The notes under the pieces: model-generated
What the model was told of the DNA's origin: nothing
The model's input: only the letters and a program-made list of their open reading frames with translations
Database searches by the model: none
Source: Flavobacteriales bacterium
Lineage (GTDB): Bacteria; Bacteroidota; Bacteroidia; Flavobacteriales_D; UBA2798
Length of the DNA stretch: 64,000 nt
NCBI GenBank assembly: GCA_037443205.1
Contig: JBBIOU010000010.1
Coordinates: forward strand, 11,879-75,878
Direction: 5' to 3'
Shown: piece by piece, positions 48,437-58,512 of the stretch
How the letters are laid out: each line of letters opens with the position of its first letter
Position numbering within the stretch: position 1 is the first letter of the stretch
Translations under genes and position numbers: made by a program

Positions 48437-48970
48437 ATGAGCGAAGTTAATTTCAGATTGGATGAAAAATTTTTTGAAGCAGATCAATTAATCAAAGAAA
48501 ACAGAATTGCTGATGCCGCTATTTTGTTAAATGAAATTATTACCGAGATGCCCGAATATGGAAGAGCCCATAACCATTTGGGATGGATATACGAAACAAA
48601 ATTTACTGATTACAACCGGGCCGAAAAACACTACAAGGCAGCTTTACAATTTACTCCCGAATATCCGGCCGTTTATTACAACTACTCCATACTACTTTCA
48701 ACCTTAGGCCGTTATGATGAACTTGTAACACTTCTGGAAAAAGCCATGTTAGTTCCGGGCATCAACAAAGCAACCATCAGCAATGAATACGCCATAATGT
48801 TTGAGGCACAAGGTAAATATGAACAGGCCATAGAATATTATAAACAATACATTCGCTACTTATTTGATAATAAACTGATAGAAAATGCGCAAGCATCCAT
48901 ACAACGATGCATCACAAAAAAAAGTATCATTTCGGCTGATATAAACACTGCTCCCGGTAATACTCTTTAA
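48437..48970 (+). CDS. TPR-like cytoplasmic protein
   Basis: 177 aa with no signal peptide and TPR-type repeats (AE.HYKAALQFTPEYPAVYYNYS). Confidence 0.6.
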   Translation: MSEVNFRLDEKFFEADQLIKENRIADAAILLNEIITEMPEYGRAHNHLGWIYETKFTDYNRAEKHYKAALQFTPEYPAVYYNYSILLSTLGRYDELVTLLEKAMLVPGINKATISNEYAIMFEAQGKYEQAIEYYKQYIRYLFDNKLIENAQASIQRCITKKSIISADINTAPGNTL

Positions 48971-49605
48971 TGAACAAAAAAGAAAAAGCAGCATTTGTAC
49001 TGCAAAAACTCAACGAGTTATTTCCCGATCCGGCAGTACCTTTAAATCATAAAGATGCTTATACATTATTGATTGCGGTGTTACTGTCAGCACAATGCAC
49101 CGATGAAAGAGTAAACAAAATCACTCCGCAACTTTTTAAAAAAGCCGATACTCCTCAAAAAATGGTTAAATTAAGTATTGAAGAAATCCGCGAAATAATA
49201 AAACCCTGCGGGCTGTCTCCCGCAAAATCTAAAGCTATATATACTCTTTCAAAAATACTGCTCGAAAAACACAAAGGCACGGTTCCCTCTTCGTTCGAAG
49301 AGCTTGAACAATTGCCCGGAGTAGGACATAAAACAGCATCAGTAGTTATGTGCCAGGCATTTAATATACCTGCTTTTCCGGTTGATACACACATACACCG
49401 TTTGGCATGGAGGTGGACGTTATCGAACGGTAAAAGCGTAGAAAAAACTGAAAATGATTTAAAAAAATTATTTGATAAATCGCATTGGAATAAACTACAC
49501 CTGCAAATTATTTACTTTGGCCGAAAATATTGCCCGGCCAGGGCCCACGTAGCCCAAGAATGCCCGATATGCAGCAAAATTGGCCGAAAAGAATTGTTTA
49601 AATAA
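48970..49605 (+). CDS. nth: endonuclease III
   Basis: HhH-GPD motif LPGVGHKTASVV (catalytic Lys) and VDTHIHR (catalytic Asp). C-terminal Cys cluster is CX9CX2C only. Confidence 0.88.
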   Translation: MNKKEKAAFVLQKLNELFPDPAVPLNHKDAYTLLIAVLLSAQCTDERVNKITPQLFKKADTPQKMVKLSIEEIREIIKPCGLSPAKSKAIYTLSKILLEKHKGTVPSSFEELEQLPGVGHKTASVVMCQAFNIPAFPVDTHIHRLAWRWTLSNGKSVEKTENDLKKLFDKSHWNKLHLQIIYFGRKYCPARAHVAQECPICSKIGRKELFK

Positions 49606-49674
49606 TATAAAAAAAGCTTTTGCATTATATTGTAAAATTACCTACATTTAGCAACGTAATATAAAAATTGCGCT

Positions 49675-50052
49675 ATGCCCGAAAAAATGAAATTTGAAAT
49701 GGAGTTTATGCTCCGTTCTTCCAATAAAATACTTTTTAATTCGTTGAGCACGGCAGACGGTTTAGCCGAATGGTTTGCCGATGAAGTATCAGCAAAAGAT
49801 GATATATTCATCTTTAGATGGGATGGAAACGAACAAAGAGCCAAGGTTATCAGCAAAAAAAATAACGAGCATATAAAATTTCAATGGGAAGACGAAGAAA
49901 ATACATTCTTTGAATTTTTAATTAAAACCGACCCTCTTACCCAGGAAGTAGCCCTGCTGATTACAGACTTTGCCGATGAAGACGAAGTAGAAGAATCAAA
50001 ATTTTTATGGAATAATCAGGTAAACACACTAAAACAAAGATTAGGCGCATAA
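49675..50052 (+). CDS. START-like (SRPBCC/AHSA1-like) small protein, tentative
   Basis: 125-aa acidic protein. The pattern L..S...L.EWFAD resembles START-like domain proteins. Weak call. Confidence 0.45.
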   Translation: MPEKMKFEMEFMLRSSNKILFNSLSTADGLAEWFADEVSAKDDIFIFRWDGNEQRAKVISKKNNEHIKFQWEDEENTFFEFLIKTDPLTQEVALLITDFADEDEVEESKFLWNNQVNTLKQRLGA

Positions 50053-50059
50053 TTTTTTT

Positions 50060-50067
50060 TAGCTTTG
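50060..50067 (+). promoter_or_regulatory. Bacteroidota-type -7 promoter box (TAnnTTTG)
   Basis: TAGCTTTG lies 18 nt upstream of the GTG start at 50086. Confidence 0.3.
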
Positions 50068-50085
50068 TATGTTATTCATACATAA

Positions 50086-51495
50086 GTGAAAAAACTCCAT
50101 AAACTCATTATCCAATCCTACATAGGGCCATTTGTGCTCACCTTTGCCATTGCCATGGTATTTTTGATTTTGCAGTTCTTGTGGAAATACGTTGATGATT
50201 TAATGGGTAAAGGATTAAGCATTTCAATAATTGCAGAATTGCTGCTGTATGCCTCTGCCAACTTAGTGCCTATGGCACTTCCGCTGGCTATATTACTCTC
50301 TTCAATTATGACTTTTGGAAATCTGGGAGAAAGCAGTGAACTAACAGCCATGAAATCTGCCGGACTCTCCTTATTAAAAATAATGCGTCCGCTAATCATA
50401 TTTACATTTTTATTAAGCATAGCAGCATTTTTATTTGCCAATTATACCTGGCCGGTAGCTAATTTAAAATTCAAATCATTATTGTTTGATATTCAAGAAA
50501 AAAAACCAACCCTGAGTTTAAAAGAAAAAATGTTTTATACCGATATACCCGGATATAGTATAAGAGTTGGCAAAAAATATCCCAACGGTACTGACTTTGA
50601 CAATTTACTTATTTATGATAACAGCGCACAAAATTATTTTTACAAAAGAGACATTGTGGCCGAAAAAGGAAGTATGAAAAACAACGAAGAAGAATCCTAT
50701 ATGCAACTACACCTATACAACGGAAAAATATACCAGGAGTTAGATCCCGGAATAGCCAAAAGCACCAATCAACCCTTTCAAAGAATATATTTTAAAGAAG
50801 GTATCTTAACTTTTGATTTGAGTTCGTTACGCCTGCAAAGAACCAGCGCAGAATTATATCAAGGACACTACGAAATGCTTAATATGCAACAACTAGCAAA
50901 AATATCCGACTCGCTTAAATACGCAGCTGCTGAAAGATTAAAAGAAAACTCTCAGGAAATAAAAAACAGGTTTTTGGTATTCAGATATAAAGATACCGCA
51001 GTAATAAACCAAACAAAGGATGTTTTAAGGTATAGAGAATTAGACAGCATAAAACAAAAATATGCTTTAAACGAAGCTCTCAATCAGGCAAGCAGTATAC
51101 TGCAAACAGTTAATTGGCATCGCGAAGAATATGAAGCCAGAATACAAAATATAGCCAGACATGATATTGAATGGCACAGAAAAATTACAATCCCCTTTGC
51201 CTGCTTTGTTTTGTTTTTTGTGGGGGCCCCTTTAGGAGCAATCATCCGCAAAGGAGGAATGGGCGCACCTATTGTGGTTTCAACAGTTTTATTTATCTTT
51301 TATTACATCTTATCCATTTCCGGAGAAAAAATGGCTAAAAGCTATGTATTATCACCCTTTACAGGCATGTGGCTTAGTGCAATAATACTGGTTCCTGTTG
51401 CTGCGTGGCTAACATACAGCTCAAACAACGACTCAAAACTTTTTGATAATGATTTTTATATTAATTTGTTTAGAAAAATTAAACTAAAAAAATAA
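50086..51495 (+). CDS. LptF/LptG family LPS export permease
   Basis: YjgP/YjgQ layout: three N-terminal TM helices, a large periplasmic insert and three C-terminal TM helices. Starts IIQSYIGPFVLTF. GTG start. Confidence 0.85.
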   Translation: MKKLHKLIIQSYIGPFVLTFAIAMVFLILQFLWKYVDDLMGKGLSISIIAELLLYASANLVPMALPLAILLSSIMTFGNLGESSELTAMKSAGLSLLKIMRPLIIFTFLLSIAAFLFANYTWPVANLKFKSLLFDIQEKKPTLSLKEKMFYTDIPGYSIRVGKKYPNGTDFDNLLIYDNSAQNYFYKRDIVAEKGSMKNNEEESYMQLHLYNGKIYQELDPGIAKSTNQPFQRIYFKEGILTFDLSSLRLQRTSAELYQGHYEMLNMQQLAKISDSLKYAAAERLKENSQEIKNRFLVFRYKDTAVINQTKDVLRYRELDSIKQKYALNEALNQASSILQTVNWHREEYEARIQNIARHDIEWHRKITIPFACFVLFFVGAPLGAIIRKGGMGAPIVVSTVLFIFYYILSISGEKMAKSYVLSPFTGMWLSAIILVPVAAWLTYSSNNDSKLFDNDFYINLFRKIKLKK

Positions 51496-51496
51496 C

Positions 51497-52429
51497 ATGA
51501 TATATTTTATAAAACTGTTAAGGCCATTAAACCTGCTGATAATTGCAGCAGTAATGTATGCCATGCGTTATGTATTTTACAACTTTAATCAGGATTTATT
51601 TTTTAAATTGAACGGGACAATAAACGAAATAGATTTTTTTCTTTTGGTTATATCTACCTTAATTATTGCTGCAGCAGGTAATATTATTAACGATTACTTT
51701 GATATGCGCATAGACCGTATTAACAAACCCGAAAAAGTAATCGTTGGCAAGCATATTAAAAAACGTGTGGCTATGCTGGCACATGTTATTATGAACATCA
51801 TTGCCGTATTAACCGGTATATATCTATCTTATAAATACAATACCTTTTTGCCGGTATCCATCCATCTATTAACTACTACACTTTTATGGTTGTATTCGGT
51901 AAGTTTAAAGCGACAATTTCTTACAGGCAATTTAAGTATTGCGTTTTTATCAGCACTGGTTCCTTACCTTTCGGGTATGATACATTTATATGTATTAAAA
52001 GAACAAAATATGCAATATTTTACCGAACTAAATTTGTATCTCTATAAACTGATAATATATACATATATGGTATTTGCCTTTTTAACTACACTGATAAGAG
52101 AAATTCAAAAGGATATGGCTGATATGAAAGGCGATGCTGTCATTGGCTGTAAAACTGTTCCCTTGGTGTGGGGAGTTGAAAAAACCAAAAAAATATCTAT
52201 TTACTTAATACTCCTTGCGTTTTTTGCAGTATTAACTTTGTTGTTACTAAAATCTTTTAAACTTAAAACTATTGTATTTGCAAGCCTTAGCATTTTATTG
52301 CCCTTTATTTACAGCGCTATACTTACCCATAAAGCAAAACAACGAAAAGATTTTTTGCTGGCCTCAACGCTTATTAAAATAAGTATGGTCGGGGGTATAT
52401 TATTTATTATAATAAGCTATGCTGCATAA
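51497..52429 (+). CDS. UbiA-family prenyltransferase
   Basis: NDYFDMRIDRINKPEK (NDxxDxxxD) motif and a second Asp-rich region (IQKDMADMKGD). Polytopic. Confidence 0.85.
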   Translation: MIYFIKLLRPLNLLIIAAVMYAMRYVFYNFNQDLFFKLNGTINEIDFFLLVISTLIIAAAGNIINDYFDMRIDRINKPEKVIVGKHIKKRVAMLAHVIMNIIAVLTGIYLSYKYNTFLPVSIHLLTTTLLWLYSVSLKRQFLTGNLSIAFLSALVPYLSGMIHLYVLKEQNMQYFTELNLYLYKLIIYTYMVFAFLTTLIREIQKDMADMKGDAVIGCKTVPLVWGVEKTKKISIYLILLAFFAVLTLLLLKSFKLKTIVFASLSILLPFIYSAILTHKAKQRKDFLLASTLIKISMVGGILFIIISYAA

Positions 52430-52994
52430 TTTAAATAATTATCATATCATTTTAGGCTCTGCATCACCGCGCAGAAAACAACTATTAGAAGGACTGGGAA
52501 TAAAATTTAAGGTGCTGAAAAAAGATACTGACGAAAGTTTTCCGCCTATGGAACATGCTGATGTAGCCATGTATTTGGCTAACAAGAAAAACGAAGCGTT
52601 TAAAGATGAACTAAACGATCACACCTTAATTATTACTGCCGACACCATTGTTAGTATAAACGGAAAAATACTAAACAAACCGGCCGATAATAACGAAGCA
52701 CTGAATATGCTTACCGAATTAGCAGGGAATAAACACACGGTTTATACCGGAGTATGTATTCAAACAAAGTTTAAAAAAACTTTATTTTATTCAGCCACCG
52801 ATGTATATTTTAACTCATTAAGCCGAGCCGAATTAGTTTATTACATTGATACATGCAAACCTTTTGATAAAGCCGGGGCATACGGTGTACAGGAATGGAT
52901 GGGTTATGCAGGCATCGAAAAAATTGAAGGTTGTTTTTTTAATGTAATGGGATTACCCTTAAGCAAAGTTTATAATGAACTAAAGAAATTTTAA
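52419..52994 (+). CDS. maf: Maf-like nucleoside triphosphate pyrophosphatase
   Basis: ILGSASPRR.QLL, ADT.V and KAGAYG.Q motifs. Confidence 0.9.
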   Translation: MLHNLNNYHIILGSASPRRKQLLEGLGIKFKVLKKDTDESFPPMEHADVAMYLANKKNEAFKDELNDHTLIITADTIVSINGKILNKPADNNEALNMLTELAGNKHTVYTGVCIQTKFKKTLFYSATDVYFNSLSRAELVYYIDTCKPFDKAGAYGVQEWMGYAGIEKIEGCFFNVMGLPLSKVYNELKKF

Positions 52995-52995
52995 T

Positions 52996-53610
52996 ATGTT
53001 TTTTTGTAAGTGCCATATAATAATTCTGCTGCTGTATATGCTTCATGCAAATATATATAGTCAGCAAAATTATACCGAACAAATATTACAAATGCGCAAG
53101 GAAAAAGATTTATTTTTTTCCGATTCGGTTAAATCACCGTTGAAGCCAAATGAACGGAAAGAATTTACCGGTCTTAAATATTTTGCTGTAGATAGCAACT
53201 ACAGAGTTACAGCCACATTAATTGCTTACAAAAAGAAAAAAAATAAAAAATTCAATACCAGTTCGGGCAATGTTCGAGAATATAGCATTTATGGCGAAAT
53301 AGTTTTTACCTTGTTTGATAAAAAAATCAGTTTACAGGTTTACCAAACCTTAAATCCGGGCAAATCTAATAATAATCTGATTCATTTATTTTTGCCCTTT
53401 ACCGATAATACAAGCGGGGAAGAAAGTTATGGCGGGGGCAGATATATCGATTGTGAAATAAACAACCCAAAATATGTAGTAATAGATTTTAATTTAGCCT
53501 ACAACCCCTATTGTGCATATACCAACGGCTATTCCTGTCCGATACCACCAAAAGAAAATCATATTCCCATTGAGATAAGAGCAGGCGAAAAAAAATATAA
53601 AGACCATTAA
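52996..53610 (+). CDS. DUF1684-family protein
   Basis: C-terminal pattern NLAYNPYCAY...CPIPPKEN.IP..I.AGEK, which I associate with DUF1684 (from memory). Confidence 0.65.
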   Translation: MFFCKCHIIILLLYMLHANIYSQQNYTEQILQMRKEKDLFFSDSVKSPLKPNERKEFTGLKYFAVDSNYRVTATLIAYKKKKNKKFNTSSGNVREYSIYGEIVFTLFDKKISLQVYQTLNPGKSNNNLIHLFLPFTDNTSGEESYGGGRYIDCEINNPKYVVIDFNLAYNPYCAYTNGYSCPIPPKENHIPIEIRAGEKKYKDH

Positions 53611-53611
53611 C

Positions 53612-55594
53612 ATGAAAAAAATTCAGCTAACACTGATATACACCCTAAGCATATTTTTAATTTATGCAAATGATGTAAAGATTACTTTGCCTTATGTTGC
53701 GGAAAAGGCAGATATTGAAAAACCGGGGCTATGGATACAAAATGAATGGCAAAAAATTAAAATTAAACTCACCGGCAATTACTCGGTATTTGATGCTGAA
53801 AGTATATATGATGAGGGCAAAATAAAAATTTTATTAAATGATGAACCTTATATAACTGAATTAAAAGAAAATTATATTGTACTTGATTTTAATTTAGAAA
53901 ATAAAGCAAATTTTATTATTGAGGATGGTACAGGTCGTGTAATTGGTAATACAACCGTAAATCCTTTACCACTGTGGATGTCAATATTTCCACCACTGTT
54001 GGCCATAGTATTTGCCTTGCTATTTAAAGAAGTATTAACTGCGCTGTTTTTAGGAATCTTTAGCGGAGCTGCTATCATGGGCGTATATGCAAATGGGTGG
54101 ACAGGAATATTTACCGGATTATTGGATGTAGTACAAATATATATTGTGGATGCACTAAATAACAAAGATCATATTTCAGTAATAGTATTTTCAATGCTTA
54201 TTGGTGGTGTTGTAGCTATTATTTCTAAAAACGGAGGTATGCAGGGAGTTGTAAATAAAATTACCCGTTGGGCAAACAATGCACGTAACGGGCAATTGGT
54301 TACTTATATTTTAGGTATCGCCATTTTTTTTGATGATTACGCCAATACCTTAGTTGTAGGCAATACTATGCGTCCAATTACCGACAGATTAAAAATATCG
54401 AGAGAGAAATTGGCTTATATTGTTGATTCTACCGCAGCACCAGTTGCTGCAATAGCATTTGTTACAACCTGGATAGGCGCAGAATTAGGATATATACAAT
54501 CAGGAATAAACGATATTACGGCACAAAGCGGAGTAGAAAACATGAGCGCATACGGAGTATTTTTAAACTCGCTGGCATATTCTTTTTATCCTATACTTAC
54601 TTTGATTTTTATGTTTTTTATTATTTGGCAAAGCAAAGATTTCGGACCGATGTATAAAGCCGAATATCATGCCAGAAACAGTGGCATAGTTGCTGCACAA
54701 CAAATTGCACATGATGATAACAACAATCAAGTAACTGATGAATTGGAAGAACTTAATCCCATCAAAAACATAAAACACAAAGCCTATAATGCTGTTATTC
54801 CTATACTCACCATTATTTCAATAACTTTAATCGGCTTATATATTACCGGAAAAAATAATACAAATGATTTATTATTAGCAGATAAAAATTTTTTTCAAAA
54901 ACTTTCAGTAATTATAGGTAATGCCGATTCATACAAATCGCTGTTATGGGCCAGCCTAAGCGGCATTATGATTGCCATTATACTTACTCTTGGGCAACGT
55001 ATAATGACCCTACAGCAAACGATGGAAACTGCCGTAAAAGGTTTTAAAACCATGCTCAATGCCATATTAATTTTGATTCTTGCATGGTCGCTGGCACAGA
55101 TAACTGAAAATATGCACACTGCCGATTTTATAACACAAAGCCTGAATAACAATTTGCCTCCCTGGCTTATTCCGGCATTTACATTTATTATCGCTGCCAT
55201 CGTAGCATTTTCTACAGGCACATCCTGGGGCACAATGGCCATTTTATATCCGTTGATGTTGCCTGCTTCGTGGAGTATATGCACCGCTGCCGGATATAAC
55301 ATAGCCGATACACAAATGATTTTTTACAACACTGTATCCTGCGTGTTATCAGGTGCGGTATTAGGCGATCATTGCTCTCCTATTTCCGACACTACTATTT
55401 TAAGTTCATTGGCAAGTTCATGTAATCATATAAATCATGTTAAAACACAAATGCCTTATTCGCTTGCCGTGGGAGCTGTAAGCATATTTGCCGGAACGAT
55501 ACCTGCTGCCATGGGTGTTAACTCTTTGATTATATTTCCGGTTTGCGTGTTAATTTTATTTTTAATTGTAAAATATGCCGGTAAGAAAATTTAA
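53612..55594 (+). CDS. nhaC: NhaC-family Na+/H+ antiporter with extra N-terminal domain
   Basis: The polytopic core starts at about residue 120 (SIFPPLLAIVFALLF). The first ~115 aa are a signal/anchor plus a soluble beta-rich segment. Confidence 0.8.
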   Translation: MKKIQLTLIYTLSIFLIYANDVKITLPYVAEKADIEKPGLWIQNEWQKIKIKLTGNYSVFDAESIYDEGKIKILLNDEPYITELKENYIVLDFNLENKANFIIEDGTGRVIGNTTVNPLPLWMSIFPPLLAIVFALLFKEVLTALFLGIFSGAAIMGVYANGWTGIFTGLLDVVQIYIVDALNNKDHISVIVFSMLIGGVVAIISKNGGMQGVVNKITRWANNARNGQLVTYILGIAIFFDDYANTLVVGNTMRPITDRLKISREKLAYIVDSTAAPVAAIAFVTTWIGAELGYIQSGINDITAQSGVENMSAYGVFLNSLAYSFYPILTLIFMFFIIWQSKDFGPMYKAEYHARNSGIVAAQQIAHDDNNNQVTDELEELNPIKNIKHKAYNAVIPILTIISITLIGLYITGKNNTNDLLLADKNFFQKLSVIIGNADSYKSLLWASLSGIMIAIILTLGQRIMTLQQTMETAVKGFKTMLNAILILILAWSLAQITENMHTADFITQSLNNNLPPWLIPAFTFIIAAIVAFSTGTSWGTMAILYPLMLPASWSICTAAGYNIADTQMIFYNTVSCVLSGAVLGDHCSPISDTTILSSLASSCNHINHVKTQMPYSLAVGAVSIFAGTIPAAMGVNSLIIFPVCVLILFLIVKYAGKKI

Positions 55595-55631
55595 TGGGTA
55601 TAAATTCATGCAATAATTCAATTTTTGTTAC

Positions 55632-57197
55632 TTATTTTATAAGCAAATCTTGTTTGTTTTTTGGCCTTTTATCTTTATGCCATTTAAAATCTTTTAATAA
55701 TTTGTCCTTTGGATTAATATCTTTTAAAGGGTAAAATACCGATTCGGGATGATTGATAAAAATAACGTCTTTCAACTCATCTTTATCAAAAACAACTCTG
55801 ATATCGCTACATTCGGTTTTATTCATCCCGATATAATTTTTAATTTCATTTTTTTCATCGTAAACAAAGTATATTGTTTGCCCGTTGCCTTTAATAAATA
55901 CTGAATTTATTTTATCATCCATAAAATTTACTTTCATATTTTTTCCTTTCACCTGATTATAACCAACACTATCTGCTTCAGAAATAATAAAGGAGTTATT
56001 TATAAAATCAATACTTTTAATTTTACCATCAAACGTATGCGCTTGGATATATTCTGCCGTTAATTGGTGTACATCGCTCCACAGTACCGGTAAACCAAAC
56101 ATTTTTAACAAGCTGTCCGCCTCGCAATAAGTTAAAGAATCGCAAATGCCCTGTAAATCATTTTTAAATAATTTTACCTGATGCCATGCATAAACATTAT
56201 TTTTATTAGGTACAGTATCTAAAATTGCTTTAAGCGTATCGGCACTGATGTATAAAGAATCTTTTTCAAGTATTTTTGTAAACATTGCCTGACGGGTAAT
56301 CCAAAATAAGTTACTTGTTTCATTATAATACCCTCTTTGTCCGTTTAATATAATTTTATTAATAGTATCTGTAAAAAAAATATTTCCGTATGCATCACCA
56401 ACGCCCTGCTTTCTGTTATATAATATTGTGTCGGCTTTAAGTGTAATTTCCTGTTTATTGATATAGGTGTTTTTATTAAAACTCGAAACGTCTGACTTTG
56501 TATCGTACCATCCGTCTTCGCAATAAATAACCGTATTATCAGTAGTTCTTATTAACGTAGGTCCGATAAACACGGCCATTTCGTTAGTAATTCCGTAAAT
56601 CAAGGTATCACTGGTCATTTCATATTCGGGGTGCTTAAGCAATACCTTATCTTTAAATTGTATGTGTTTTGATGAAGAATAGTATTTGCCTTGAATACTG
56701 GTGAGGGTATTTTTATTTTTCAGCGAATAAATTTTAGCTCCATTGGTATAATAAGCTATATTTTGGTGTTTATCAAAATCAATTGAATCTGTTTCAAGTT
56801 TTAAGTCATTTTCGATTAAACGTATTTTTCCTCTTAGTTTAGCTATTTGTGTGTTTCCGTTATAAAATGCCGAATCGGCATATATATTCAGGGTATCACC
56901 TTGTTTAATGTGCAATTTACCATAAGCATATAATTTGTTTTCGACCGAAAAGTATAATGCGCTGTCGCAAAAAATATACATATCTTCGTGCTTTACACGT
57001 ACATTACCAATTAAGCGCTGAGCATCTTTTATTTTTTTGTCAAAGCTCAACTTATCGGCATTTAAAATTTCTATATATTGCGTGGGTTTAGAGACAGTAT
57101 TTTTTTGTGCATATATACTTTGCTGTAGGTAAAAAAACAGAAAAAAAAATATAAAAAATATTGATTTATGCATAGATAAATAAATATTACAACGCAT
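55632..57197 (-). CDS. OstA-like (LptA/LptD N-terminal beta-jellyroll) repeat protein
   Basis: Signal peptide followed by repeated OstA-like segments (L.GNV.V......I.CDSA.Y). An alternative start is MHKSIFF at 57173. Confidence 0.7.
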   Translation of the reverse strand: MRCNIYLSMHKSIFFIFFFLFFYLQQSIYAQKNTVSKPTQYIEILNADKLSFDKKIKDAQRLIGNVRVKHEDMYIFCDSALYFSVENKLYAYGKLHIKQGDTLNIYADSAFYNGNTQIAKLRGKIRLIENDLKLETDSIDFDKHQNIAYYTNGAKIYSLKNKNTLTSIQGKYYSSSKHIQFKDKVLLKHPEYEMTSDTLIYGITNEMAVFIGPTLIRTTDNTVIYCEDGWYDTKSDVSSFNKNTYINKQEITLKADTILYNRKQGVGDAYGNIFFTDTINKIILNGQRGYYNETSNLFWITRQAMFTKILEKDSLYISADTLKAILDTVPNKNNVYAWHQVKLFKNDLQGICDSLTYCEADSLLKMFGLPVLWSDVHQLTAEYIQAHTFDGKIKSIDFINNSFIISEADSVGYNQVKGKNMKVNFMDDKINSVFIKGNGQTIYFVYDEKNEIKNYIGMNKTECSDIRVVFDKDELKDVIFINHPESVFYPLKDINPKDKLLKDFKWHKDKRPKNKQDLLIK

Positions 57198-57219
57198 AAA
57201 TGCTTATTTCATTTTACTA

Positions 57220-58503
57220 TTAAGAATATATTTCTGATTTTCGGAGGATGGTTTGGTTACGGTCGGGACCCAAAGAGATAATGGTAACCGGAACTGACAG
57301 TTCTTGTTCTAAGTAAGATATATAATTGTTTAGCTCAGCCGGTATTTTATCTTCGGTATTTACTTGCTCCAGGGAACGGTTCCAGCCTTTCATTTCTCTG
57401 TAAACCGGTATTACTTGTTCCATACATAAATCGTAAGGCATGTTGGCTGTAATGTGTCCGTTAATATTGTAATGGGTGCATATTTTTATAGTTTCGAATG
57501 TATTAAGTACATCGGCTTTCATCATCACTAAAGAAGTAACTCCGTTAATCATAATTGCATATCGCAAAGCGGGCAGGTCAATCCAGCCGCATCTGCGGGC
57601 ACGCCCGGTAGTAGAACCATATTCGTTGCCTTGTTTGCGTAATATTTCTCCTGTTTCATCGTTTAATTCGGTAGGAAACGGACCACTACCTACACGTGTA
57701 CAGTATGCTTTAAAAATGCCAATTACCTCGCCAATTTTATTGGGAGCAATACCCAAACCGGTACATGCACCGGCTGTAGTTGTATTAGATGAAGTAACAA
57801 AGGGGTAAGAACCAAAATCTATATCGAGCAATGTGCCCTGAGCTCCTTCGGCAAGTACTTTTTTCCCTTCTTTGAGCGCTTGGTTAATATACAATTCGCT
57901 GTCTATTACACTGAGTGTTTTTAGCAATTCTATACCTTCAAAAAAATCAGGTTCGTATTGCGACAAGTCGTAATCGTAGTTATAAAATTCAAGGAGTTTT
58001 TTGTGTTTATCAACCAGCGAGGCATATTTATTTTTAAAATCCTGTAAAAATATATCGCCCACTCTAATACCGTTTCTGCCGGTTTTATCCATATAGGTAG
58101 GACCTATTCCTTTTAATGTAGAGCCAATTTTTTGTTTGCCTTTAGCCGCTTCAGATGCAGCGTCTATCAAACGATGTGTAGGGAGTATGAGGTGTGCTTT
58201 GCGTGAAATAAGAAGTTTTTTCTTTACATCAACTCCCAATTTTACCAGTGCATCAATTTCTTTTTTCAATATTACCGGATCAATTACTACTCCATTGCCA
58301 ACAATATTAACAACTGCTTCTCTGAAGATACCCGAAGGAATGGTATGCAGCACATGTTTAATGCCGTTAAATTCTAAGGTATGACCTGCATTGGGTCCTC
58401 CCTGAAAACGACCGATGATGTCGTAATGCGGGGTAATAACATCAACAATTTTACCTTTGCCTTCATCACCCCATTGAAGGCCTAATAATACGTCTGCTTT
58501 CAT
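57220..58503 (-). CDS. purA: adenylosuccinate synthase
   Basis: QWGDEGKGK P-loop, GPNAGHT, and GIGPTY / GTTGRGIG-type motifs. 427 aa. Confidence 0.96.
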   Translation of the reverse strand: MKADVLLGLQWGDEGKGKIVDVITPHYDIIGRFQGGPNAGHTLEFNGIKHVLHTIPSGIFREAVVNIVGNGVVIDPVILKKEIDALVKLGVDVKKKLLISRKAHLILPTHRLIDAASEAAKGKQKIGSTLKGIGPTYMDKTGRNGIRVGDIFLQDFKNKYASLVDKHKKLLEFYNYDYDLSQYEPDFFEGIELLKTLSVIDSELYINQALKEGKKVLAEGAQGTLLDIDFGSYPFVTSSNTTTAGACTGLGIAPNKIGEVIGIFKAYCTRVGSGPFPTELNDETGEILRKQGNEYGSTTGRARRCGWIDLPALRYAIMINGVTSLVMMKADVLNTFETIKICTHYNINGHITANMPYDLCMEQVIPVYREMKGWNRSLEQVNTEDKIPAELNNYISYLEQELSVPVTIISLGPDRNQTILRKSEIYS

Positions 58504-58512
58504 AAATATAGG

